DNA of 32,000 nt, from NCBI RefSeq assembly GCF_002075285.3, contig NZ_CP021983.2, forward strand, positions 2,520,001 to 2,552,000, read 5' to 3'. Within the stretch, counting starts at the first letter, position 1, and the number at the start of each line of letters is the position of its first letter. This document shows, piece after piece, positions 23,715-31,692 of this stretch. A program made the position numbers and the translations under genes. This stretch comes from Halomicronema hongdechloris C2206 (GTDB lineage: Bacteria > Cyanobacteriota > Cyanobacteriia > Phormidesmidales > Phormidesmidaceae). The notes below the pieces were generated by a model, which saw nothing but the letters and a program-made list of their open reading frames with translations, was not told where the DNA came from and made no database searches.

Positions 23715-25031
23715 ATGTCTGACACGGTCATCCAGGTCGAAAATCTCGGCAAGAAATATATCATCGGTCATCAACAGGCAGGGGCCTATCAGTATACGGC
23801 GCTGCGGGATGTGATCAGTGATGGGGCTAAGGCGCTGCTGCAGCGGCTGCGGCATCCGGGAAAACCGGTCAATCCAGAGGTGCGGGAAGAGTTCTGGGCG
23901 CTGAAGGATGTGTCGTTTGAGGTAAAGCGCGGTGAAGTGGTCGGTATCATTGGCCGCAACGGCGCCGGGAAGTCGACCCTACTGAAGATTTTGAGCCGCA
24001 TCACGGAACCCACCACGGGGCGGGTGCGGATTAAGGGACGGGTAGCCAGCCTGCTGGAGGTGGGTACCGGCTTCCACCCAGAACTCACCGGGCGAGAAAA
24101 TATTTTTCTCAATGGTGCGATTCTCGGCATGAGCAAAACCGAGATCAATCGCAAGTTCGATGAAATTGTCGAATTTGCTGAGATCGCCAGGTTTTTAGAT
24201 ACGCCGGTGAAGCGATATTCGTCGGGGATGTATGTGCGCCTAGCGTTTGCGGTGGCCGCGCATCTAGAGCCGGAGATTTTAGTCGTGGATGAAGTGCTGG
24301 CTGTGGGAGATGCAGCATTTCAGAAAAAGTGTTTAGGGAAGATGGGAGATGTTGCCACAAGAGAAGGGAGAACGGTCTTATTCGTCAGTCATCAAATGGC
24401 TGCCGTAAAAAGTTTATGCTCTAGAGTTCTAGTTTTGGGATCTGGGCAGCTAAAAATTGATGACGACCCTCAATCAGGAATTAATTTTTATGTCAAAGAC
24501 TTAGATATTTCTGCCAACCAGGATGCCATTTGTGAGTTAAGAAGAACTGGGAATGGCAGGATACAAATCGTGGATTTCTGGATCGAAAACCTGCACGGAG
24601 AGAAAGTCAGTACCGCTTTATCAGGCAGCGATATCATCTTAAAATTTAAATACGAAATAAAAACATCTGAGCCCTTAAGGAATATTTCCTTAGGATTCAG
24701 TATACATACCAGCCTAGGAGACTCGTTATCAATTTTATATAGTGATTATATGGGAGCATCATTTTCTGACTTGCCATCAAATGGACAAATCAGTTGCAAA
24801 ATCAAGGATATACAGCTCTCAAAGGGAAGATATTACATAGGTGCTCGAATCCTAGTTAATGATATCGAGGCCGATTGGCCTCGAGGTTACATTGGATTCA
24901 TCGATATAGAAGACGGTTATTTCTATTCCAAAGGGAGATCTCCTCACAGTGGAATAGGACCTATTTTAATTAGAGGAGAATGGAGTGCATTAGAACCAAA
25001 AGGACTCAAGTTTACTGATTCTGTCACATGA
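23715..25031 (+). CDS. wzt: Polysaccharide/O-antigen ABC exporter ATP-binding protein (Wzt/TagH type) with C-terminal Wzt_C-like carbohydrate-binding domain
   Basis: Motifs: FWALKDVSFEVKRGEVVGIIGRNGAGKSTLLKIL (Walker A), SLLEVGTGFHPELTGRENI, YSSGMYVRLAFAVA (signature), ILVVDEVLAVGD (Walker B) and LFVSHQM (H-loop). The ~170-aa beta-rich C-terminal extension (IQIVDFWIENLHGEKV...GRYYIGARI...) is typical of Wzt proteins. Confidence 0.9.
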   Translation: MSDTVIQVENLGKKYIIGHQQAGAYQYTALRDVISDGAKALLQRLRHPGKPVNPEVREEFWALKDVSFEVKRGEVVGIIGRNGAGKSTLLKILSRITEPTTGRVRIKGRVASLLEVGTGFHPELTGRENIFLNGAILGMSKTEINRKFDEIVEFAEIARFLDTPVKRYSSGMYVRLAFAVAAHLEPEILVVDEVLAVGDAAFQKKCLGKMGDVATREGRTVLFVSHQMAAVKSLCSRVLVLGSGQLKIDDDPQSGINFYVKDLDISANQDAICELRRTGNGRIQIVDFWIENLHGEKVSTALSGSDIILKFKYEIKTSEPLRNISLGFSIHTSLGDSLSILYSDYMGASFSDLPSNGQISCKIKDIQLSKGRYYIGARILVNDIEADWPRGYIGFIDIEDGYFYSKGRSPHSGIGPILIRGEWSALEPKGLKFTDSVT

Positions 25032-25774
25032 AAAACAGTTCTATTTTATCAAGAAAAGCCTTAAAGTATCTCCAAATACTGACGTCAGTTGTTCATCCAA
25101 GCGGATATTTTATATACCCCAAAAAATACTATGCTTATCATAAAATATCTTTTTCTCAGGAGGGTGAAGATCTGATTTTAGATAGAATATTTTATTCTCA
25201 AAAAAATGGATTCTACGTAGATGTAGGAGCGCATCATCCACAAAGATTCTCAAACACCTATTACTTTTACTTAAAGGGTTGGCATGGCATTAATATTGAC
25301 GCTATGCCAGGTAGCATGGAGCTTTTCAAAAAGATAAGGCCAAGAGATATAAATATTGAGATTCCAATTTTTAGCAAGTCTCAAGTGTTGACATATTATC
25401 AATTTAATGAACCAGCTCTGAATGGCTTCTCTGAAGAAATATCCACTCAACGTAATAAACATGAAAAATATAAAATCATCTCCACAAAAAAACTAAAAAC
25501 AGAAAGATTGTCTGTCGTTCTTGAGAAGAATATTTTAAATGAATCACAAGTGATTGACTTTATGAATATTGATGTTGAAGGTCTCGACTATGAAGTATTA
25601 AAATCTAATGACTGGAATAGATTCAGACCAAAAGTTTTATTAGTAGAAGATTTATCAAGTCAAAACATCAGGCAATTTGAAAACTCTAAGGTTTACAATT
25701 TTCTATTTAAGGAAGACTATAAAATATATGCAAACCTGGCAAAGACCTCTATTTTTTTAGACTCGAGAACTTAG
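25028..25774 (+). CDS. FkbM-family SAM-dependent methyltransferase
   Basis: GFYVDVGAHHPQRFSNTYYFYLKGWHGINIDAMPGSMELFKKIRPRD fits the FkbM/Methyltransf_21 pattern. The start overlaps the wzt stop (ATGA 25028-25031). Confidence 0.8.
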   Translation: MKNSSILSRKALKYLQILTSVVHPSGYFIYPKKYYAYHKISFSQEGEDLILDRIFYSQKNGFYVDVGAHHPQRFSNTYYFYLKGWHGINIDAMPGSMELFKKIRPRDINIEIPIFSKSQVLTYYQFNEPALNGFSEEISTQRNKHEKYKIISTKKLKTERLSVVLEKNILNESQVIDFMNIDVEGLDYEVLKSNDWNRFRPKVLLVEDLSSQNIRQFENSKVYNFLFKEDYKIYANLAKTSIFLDSRT

Positions 25775-25778
25775 TTAA

Positions 25779-26705
25779 ATGGATCTTGACATACCTGTTG
25801 TTTTGCTAATATTTAATCGGCCTGAATTGACGAAGAAGGTTTTCAATATAGTAGCTAATGTGAAGCCAAGACAATTATTTATTGTGGCAGATGGACCACT
25901 TAAATCAGGAGACATTCGTCTTTGCGAAGAAGCTAGATGTATTGTGAACTTAATAAATTGGGATTGTGAGTTTAAGATTAACTTTTCTGACACCAATCTT
26001 GGCTGTTGTAGGCGGGTATCGAGTGGCTTAGATTGGGTATTCTCTCAAGTTGAAGAAGCGATCATACTAGAAGATGATTGTGTACCAGATCCCTCATTTT
26101 TCAGTTTCTGTCAATCACTTCTCAATTACTATCGCCACGATGAAAGAGTTTGGGTAATCAGTGGCAATAATTTCCAAAATGGGCAATGGAGAGGTGATGG
26201 TAGTTACTATTTCTCTCGATATAATCACTGTTGGGGTTGGGCAACCTGGAGACGAGCATGGCAAAATTTTCAACATGAGCTTGATAGTTGGCCAAAGCTA
26301 AAAGATTCAGGCTTATTAAAATCCGTACTGCTCGATCCTGTGGAATACAAATATTGGTCTAATATATTTGAACGTCTTTACTTAGAGAACAAACCAGATT
26401 CTTGGGCATATCGTTGGACATATTCATGTTGGATCAATAATGCTTTAAGTATTCTTCCCAATGTAAATCTTGTTAGCAATATTGGATTTGGTGAAAATTC
26501 GACTCACACAGCAGATCCGGATAGCCATCTAGCTAATATACCTGCCAAAGAGTTAAGAGGGATAATACATCCCCCTTTTCTAATTAGGGACGAAAAGGCA
26601 GATCAATATACTTTCGATCATACTTTTAATGGAATTGAGCTCAGAAGAAGCAATCGACTTTTCTTCCGCCTTCGAAGAAAAGTGTTAAATTTATTGTCTA
26701 TCTGA
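25779..26705 (+). CDS. Putative GT-A-fold glycosyltransferase
   Basis: The N-terminal IPVVLLIFNRPELTKKVF...LFIVADGP and the DxD-like ILEDDCVPD suggest a GT-A/GnT-I-like fold. Family assignment is tentative. The gene starts 4 nt after the previous gene. Confidence 0.5.
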   Translation: MDLDIPVVLLIFNRPELTKKVFNIVANVKPRQLFIVADGPLKSGDIRLCEEARCIVNLINWDCEFKINFSDTNLGCCRRVSSGLDWVFSQVEEAIILEDDCVPDPSFFSFCQSLLNYYRHDERVWVISGNNFQNGQWRGDGSYYFSRYNHCWGWATWRRAWQNFQHELDSWPKLKDSGLLKSVLLDPVEYKYWSNIFERLYLENKPDSWAYRWTYSCWINNALSILPNVNLVSNIGFGENSTHTADPDSHLANIPAKELRGIIHPPFLIRDEKADQYTFDHTFNGIELRRSNRLFFRLRRKVLNLLSI

Positions 26706-26857
26706 TTTTCTTATATATCACTTTCAATAGCTAATCATCAAAGCAAGAGCATATTCAAGTTAATATCCTATATCCGGTTAGTCTTTACTCTCGATATTAG
26801 AATTTTGGCGTTAAATACTAACCCTCCTTAGTATAAATTTAGACCTAGGCTGCTTAA

Positions 26858-27751
26858 ATGATCGAAACATCATCTTTTCATACGCAAAGAAATCAGCTTG
26901 AATATTTGAACATAGGGTGTGGTCATCGCTTTCATCACGCCTGGCAAAATATTGATTTTATCTCGAGTAATGACAAAGTAAGTCCCTGTGATTTGAGAGA
27001 TGGAATACCATTTAGAGATTCATTCTTTCAAGTCGTTTATCATTCTCATCTATTAGAGCATTTTTCTAAGGAAAGTGCTCTTCGCCTGACAAAAGAATGT
27101 TTTCGAGTCATAAAGCCTAGAGGTATTATCAGGATTGTTGTTCCGGATCTAGAGGCAATTGTCAATGGCTATCTTTTTGCATTAGATCAAGTATTATCTG
27201 GTAACCTATCATGGGATTCAAACTATGAGTGGATGCTTCTTGAATTGTTTGACCAGATGATACGAAATTCACCTGGCGGTGGCATCAAGTCTTACTTTCA
27301 ACGTAAAGATATACCTAATGAAAATTTTGTGGTTGAGCGAATGGGAAGTGAGATAAAAAATATTGCTGAAGAACAAAAGAAAGTATACCTACATAAGAAC
27401 ATGCAAAATCAAAGAATTTGTAGTCCCAAAAAGATTTTACGGTTAGTTCATAGATTTTTCCGATATCCTATCTATAGAAGAGAGTATTTATTAAAACTTA
27501 TTTTAGGCCAGGATTATAAGTTTTTGGAAATTGGTAGATTTCGTCAAAGCGGTGAAATCCATCAATGGATGTATGACAGATATTCACTTCGAAAACTCTT
27601 GAATAACTGTGGATTCATTGGCATAGTTCAGCGCACTGCTAAAGAGAGCTACATTCCTAATTGGGAAAGCTTTAACTTAGACACGGAGCCTGATGGAAGC
27701 ACATATAAACCATATTCCTTATTTATGGAAGCTATTAAGCCTGGCTTGTAA
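26858..27751 (+). CDS. Class I SAM-dependent methyltransferase
   Basis: Motif I is LNIGCGHRF. Post-I/II region: FQVVYHSHLLEHFSKESALRLTKECFRVIKPRGIIRIVVPD. Confidence 0.8.
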   Translation: MIETSSFHTQRNQLEYLNIGCGHRFHHAWQNIDFISSNDKVSPCDLRDGIPFRDSFFQVVYHSHLLEHFSKESALRLTKECFRVIKPRGIIRIVVPDLEAIVNGYLFALDQVLSGNLSWDSNYEWMLLELFDQMIRNSPGGGIKSYFQRKDIPNENFVVERMGSEIKNIAEEQKKVYLHKNMQNQRICSPKKILRLVHRFFRYPIYRREYLLKLILGQDYKFLEIGRFRQSGEIHQWMYDRYSLRKLLNNCGFIGIVQRTAKESYIPNWESFNLDTEPDGSTYKPYSLFMEAIKPGL

Positions 27752-27770
27752 AAATTATATGTTGGCCACC

Positions 27771-29018
27771 ATGAAAATCTTACATATTAATAAGTCTGAT
27801 ATTAAAGGAGGAGGAGCAATTGCAGGATATCGATTACACCAATCTCTACTTCGGAAGAGCACTATTTCAACCTTATTAGTTGATGAAATAAACATTGATG
27901 CCAATAATATTAGCCTAATCAACAGGCGGCGCTATGTTGAGATGATTAGTAGCCGTTTATTCTGGTACCTAGGATTAAATTATATCAATATAACTAGTAC
28001 TAGTCAAATCACTGATCATTCCCTTTACACCCAGGCTGATATTCTAAATTTTCATAACCTTCATGGCAGTTACTTTAATTATTTAGCGATTCCAAAGTTG
28101 ACGGCTAAAAAACCTGCTGTTTATACACTTCATGACATGTGGGGCTTTACCGGTCACTGTGCCTATAGCTTCGATTGCCAACGCTGGAAAATAGGGTGTG
28201 GTAACTGCCCTTACCTCGACACCTATCCCTCAATTGCCCGTGACAATACTCACATTGAGTGGAAACTAAAACAATGGGTCCACAACCGCTCTAACCTCAC
28301 CATTGTGACTCCGAGTCAGTGGCTTGCTAACTTGGTTCAAAAGAGCTTACTCAGTCGGTTTTCCATACATCATATCCCTCATGGTTTAGATATTAATTGT
28401 TACCGACCACTCGAGCCGCAAATTTGTCGTCAAGCACTTAATCTCCCTGACCACAAAACTGTGATATTACTTGTTGCTCAGAATCTAAGAGATCCACGAA
28501 AAGGTTCAGATCTGCTGATAGAAGCATTAAAATATCTCCCAAGCTCTCTAACCCAAGATTTAGTACTTTTAGTAGTAGGTGAGGGAGGTGAAATATTCGA
28601 AGAGATCACGGATATTCAAACGTTGTCCTTAGGCTATATCGGCGGTGATCGTCTTAAAGCACTTGCCTATTCTGCTGCCGATATTTTTATTTTCCCAACT
28701 CGCGCTGATATTTTTGGTTTAGTCCTTCTAGAAAGTATGGCCTGTGGCACTCCTATGGTTTCCTTCGATGTCGGGGGTGTTCCTGAATTGGTACGTCCTG
28801 GCCAAACCGGGCTCTTAGCTCGTCCTGAAGATCCCAAGGATCTCGCCGCTAAGATCGTCAAACTGCTTGAAGATGATGACCTGCGTCAGCGGATGGCGAA
28901 AACCTGTCGCGACGTCGCCGTGGCCGAATATTCCATCGAACTGCAAGCCGATCGCTACATTGCCCTCTACCGCCAAGTCATCGACGAGTTCCACAATCGT
29001 CATACTAAATTCCACTAA
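27771..29018 (+). CDS. GT4-family (group 1) glycosyltransferase
   Basis: Track ORF 27693-29018. I prefer ATG 27771 (MKILHINKSDIKGGGA...), which is the typical GT4 N-terminus and does not overlap the previous gene. The C-terminal domain, FIFPTRADIFGLVLLESMACGTPMVSFDVGGVPELV, carries the E-x7-E-type motif. Confidence 0.9.
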   Translation: MKILHINKSDIKGGGAIAGYRLHQSLLRKSTISTLLVDEINIDANNISLINRRRYVEMISSRLFWYLGLNYINITSTSQITDHSLYTQADILNFHNLHGSYFNYLAIPKLTAKKPAVYTLHDMWGFTGHCAYSFDCQRWKIGCGNCPYLDTYPSIARDNTHIEWKLKQWVHNRSNLTIVTPSQWLANLVQKSLLSRFSIHHIPHGLDINCYRPLEPQICRQALNLPDHKTVILLVAQNLRDPRKGSDLLIEALKYLPSSLTQDLVLLVVGEGGEIFEEITDIQTLSLGYIGGDRLKALAYSAADIFIFPTRADIFGLVLLESMACGTPMVSFDVGGVPELVRPGQTGLLARPEDPKDLAAKIVKLLEDDDLRQRMAKTCRDVAVAEYSIELQADRYIALYRQVIDEFHNRHTKFH

Positions 29019-29152
29019 TTCGCTGACTTAATATAGACAAGATATTCAACTGCCTAAGCTATCTTTGGAGACATACCTGTAAGCTCACCTTTGGGTAACC
29101 ACTCTTCAGTAGGTCTCAATAACTTTGGTAACAAGTAGTTGGAATTAATTAA

Positions 29153-29647
29153 CTATTCATCTGCAGTTTTAAGGACAGCTGCATACAATTGACTGCTTAC
29201 CCGGAATTTAGCTCTCTCAATTAATTGATCCATCATAACTTTAACTGATGGGATAAGACCGTTACCTTTAGCTTGCAATAAAACACCTAACAATCCCGTG
29301 ATACTGAGTCCATAATTTTCAGCTAATACTCTACCACGACGCTCATCCATCAACAGTAAGTCTGCTTTGAGTTCCAGTGCCAGCGCAATCGCCTCAGCTT
29401 CACCCAAATCAATGTCATTTTGCCCCCTTTGCAGATCAATCACACTTTGAGTATTGGCAACCGTTTGAGCTTGAATCCAAGATAAGGATTGTACTGCGAC
29501 TGCACCAGGTACAGCTGGATTCACAGATACCATTTCGTTGTAAACAGCTACTGGAATGATAACCGTCTCATAAAGTTGGTGTAACAGATCTAACTGACCA
29601 ATGGCAGCGAGATTAGTAATAGGTGAAGTATCACTGACAACGATCAC
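29153..29647 (-). CDS. DUF3368 PIN-like nuclease (putative type II toxin)
   Basis: MIVVSDTSPITNLAAIGQLDLLHQLYETVIIPVAVYNEM matches the DUF3368/COG2405 N-terminus. GTG start overlaps the upstream stop (GTGA). Confidence 0.8.
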   Translation of the reverse strand: MIVVSDTSPITNLAAIGQLDLLHQLYETVIIPVAVYNEMVSVNPAVPGAVAVQSLSWIQAQTVANTQSVIDLQRGQNDIDLGEAEAIALALELKADLLLMDERRGRVLAENYGLSITGLLGVLLQAKGNGLIPSVKVMMDQLIERAKFRVSSQLYAAVLKTADE

Positions 29648-29889
29648 AGCAGGTCTAATGACTGTAAAGTTTTAATGTCTGACTGAAAATCTTCTTCATC
29701 ATAGTTAATACACAGTCCTCGTTTTGCCAATTCGTCCTGAAATTGAAGAACCGTCAATCCAGTCCATGCACGGACCTTACCGCTACTAATTTTCTGTTGT
29801 TTATACAACATGATGGCGATTTCTAGCTTCAATTCATCCTCAGTCATTTTGGTTGCTTCGAGGATATTATCAGGGATGACAACGCTCAT
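29644..29889 (-). CDS. UPF0175-family protein (putative antitoxin partner of DUF3368)
   Basis: 81 aa. ...ELKLEIAIMLYKQQKISSGKVRAWTGLTVLQFQDELAKRGL is typical of UPF0175/COG2886. There is a 4-nt overlap with the toxin gene. Confidence 0.8.
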   Translation of the reverse strand: MSVVIPDNILEATKMTEDELKLEIAIMLYKQQKISSGKVRAWTGLTVLQFQDELAKRGLCINYDEEDFQSDIKTLQSLDLL

Positions 29890-29942
29890 GGTTTCTGTTA
29901 TGGGAGATTGGGCTATCCTGATCTAAGGATAAATGATCTTAG

Positions 29943-30098
29943 GTTGTAGCAGCGGCCGCTGATAACACCACCATTCGCCTCGATCTCGACAATGAGCCCC
30001 AGCCCGATGCCTTGCTGCGCATTGAGGATGCCTGCGGTGGGCAGTCTCGTGTCAGTGATGATGACTATGTCGAGGAGGCTCCGGAGCTAATCGTTTGA
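29943..30098 (+). pseudogene. Uma2-family endonuclease fragment (central part)
   Basis: The frame is open after TAG 29940-29942 and reads VVAAAADNTTIRLDLDNEPQPDALLRIEDACGGQSRVSDDDYVEEAPELIV-stop (TGA 30096-30098). This matches the central Uma2 motifs (NEPQPD, APELIVE) but has no N-terminal part or start codon. Confidence 0.6.
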
Positions 30099-30150
30099 GG
30101 ATATCGTCTCGGATGTAGTCAGCAATGTGCATAGGCAGGCAGTAAAAATT

Positions 30151-30456
30151 TTAGCTGGCTTTTTGGTGTTGGCGTTGTTGCAGAAATTCAGCGAAATCGC
30201 GCACTTCTGCGACTAGGTCGGCGGGTAGAGTACTCAGAATTTCTAAAACCCTGGCACGAATGATTTCTTGCTCTAGTTGGATATCTGAGCTTTCAAGGGT
30301 GAGGACTGCGGTAGATTCGCCAATAGTGTCAATGAACTCGACTTCAAAGCCCTGACCATCGGCATAGCAGTGAACCACAGCACCTTGAGTGTTTTTTGAA
30401 AGTCCGTGATCGGGTATGTCGTGGGTGAGGGTAACAACATCTAGCTCTCTAATCAC
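30151..30456 (-). CDS. DUF4926-like protein with DUF2281-like C-terminal tail
   Basis: Track ORF 30151-30525. The likely start is GTG 30456, giving (M)IRELDVVTLTHDIPDHGLSKNTQGAVVHCYADGQGFEVEF, a DUF4926 pattern. The C-terminus ILSTLPADLVAEVRDFAEFLQQRQ resembles the DUF2281 antitoxin motif. Confidence 0.55.
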   Translation of the reverse strand: MIRELDVVTLTHDIPDHGLSKNTQGAVVHCYADGQGFEVEFIDTIGESTAVLTLESSDIQLEQEIIRARVLEILSTLPADLVAEVRDFAEFLQQRQHQKAS

Positions 30457-30835
30457 GATGAACCTCTGAATTGGGCTTAAAGGGGCGAGCAGTAATAAAA
30501 CGAGGGGAATCTGTTCCAATGTCAATGATCCAGACTGTCAGAATAGTGACGGTGCGATCGCTGGGAGTATGCAAATCACCGATGATGACATACTTGGTAC
30601 CGTGAACTGCGTCTTCACCGAGCCAAAACTCGTCGGGCAGCGGATCGTCAAAATCATTGGCTATCCAATATGGGTCATCTTTGTGAAGCCCAGGAATGCG
30701 TGCTCTGGGAGCAGGTTAGGGCGTTTTTTGGTGCAGGAAGGCGGTGAAGTCTAGGACTTCTTGCTGTTGGGCAGGGGTGAGGGCGCGAACTTGCTCTAGT
30801 AGGGCTTGCTCTATGGTGGCCTGCTTCATACTCAT
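30449..30835 (-). pseudogene. Composite TA remnant: DUF2281-like antitoxin interrupted by an in-frame TAA and fused to a DUF6883-like C-terminal fragment
   Basis: Hand translation: ATG 30835 (AGGAGGA 4 nt upstream) gives MSMKQATIEQALLEQVRALTPAQQQEVLDFTAFLHQKTP-TAA (30718-30716). The same frame continues PAPRARIPGLHKDDPYWIANDFDDPLPDEFWLGED (the usual end of such antitoxins), then AVHGTKYVIIGDLHTPSDRTVTILTVWIIDIGTDSPRFITARPF (DUF6883-like), ending at TAG 30451-30449. Confidence 0.45.
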
Positions 30836-31352
30836 GGAATCCTCCTAGAGTGAGGGCTTCGACTCAATTATGGGACAAGTTCAGGGCTATGGATTTGCCA
30901 TGGCTTCATCTTTGTGATTTTAGACATGGCCGGGAGTAGCCTGCCGCGCAGCTAACCCTCTTTACTCGGCTAGGGCTGCCATCGACCTGAAAGCCTTGTA
31001 AGTCAAGCCTCTAGGCGCTCCTTAAAGCCCCAGACCTAGAATATCTTTCACAAGGTTTACTAAAAATCACAAATTCCTCACACGAGAGTTTGGTTCATGC
31101 GTACTATTATTTTGACAGATGCTGAGTCTATAGTATCCGCCATCAGGGAAAATGCTCTATCTGCGTTACTTACGCTTACGACGGCTCTTCTTGAGTTTCT
31201 CTGGCGGGGTTTCGTAGAGCCTACGATCTATATGACAAGAAAAACGCCTAAGTAGCTGGGCTGGATCAAACTTAGAATGAGCGACTGAGGCGTAACCCTT
31301 GATCAGAGGGAGTTTGACGCTTTGTGAAGAGGATACAGTGTTTTACAGATAA

Positions 31353-31625
31353 TTGCGTTCTCCTACTTATCGCCGCAACGGAGTGCAGGAATATATTGTC
31401 TGGCAGGTCGCTGACCGCACCGTGAATTGGTTCAGCCTGCAGGGCGGGCGATATGTACTCCTGACGCCAGATGCCACTGGCATCCTAGAAAGTCGCATCT
31501 TTCCAGGATTGCGGCTGAACAGCACAGCGCTGATTGACGGCAACTTGGCTGATGCGATCGCTGATGTGCAGGCAGCCATGGCAACCGTTGCCCATCAGGA
31601 GTTTGTGCATTACCTGGCCCAGTAA
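31353..31625 (+). pseudogene. Uma2-family endonuclease fragment (C-terminal part)
   Basis: ...TYRRNGVQEYIVWQVADRTVNWFSLQGGRYVLL...ESRIFPGLRL is the typical Uma2 C-terminal half. The frame opens right after TAA 31350-31352 and has no proper start. It complements the fragment at 29943-30098. Confidence 0.6.
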
Positions 31626-31692
31626 CGATCCCCGACCTGATCGCCATTGTCTCTGATCAGGGCATCCTGGTAGTGTTGCCCCGGACCAAACC

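Noticed and set aside
23539-23814. 91-aa ORF upstream of and overlapping wzt, considered as a wzm remnant (also the 84-aa ORF 23101-23355)
   Set aside because: It has no hydrophobic segments as expected for an ABC-2 permease, and it runs 100 nt into the well-supported wzt frame. The 84-aa ORF is a translation of the direct repeats.
27693-27770. Upstream ATG 27693 as the start of the GT4 gene
   Set aside because: It overlaps the preceding methyltransferase by 59 nt. ATG 27771 gives the canonical MKILHI... GT4 N-terminus.
30569-30754. 61-aa plus-strand ORF
   Set aside because: It is antisense to the DUF2281/DUF6883-like frame, which has a strong SD and family motifs. It has no SD or motif of its own.
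31166-31342. Minus-strand open frame ending ...YETPPEKLKKSRRKRK-stop, considered as a transposase or integrase C-terminal relic
   Set aside because: It has no Met or start codon, is only 58 codons long, and I cannot recall a family match. It is mentioned only as unassigned debris inside the Uma2 insertion.
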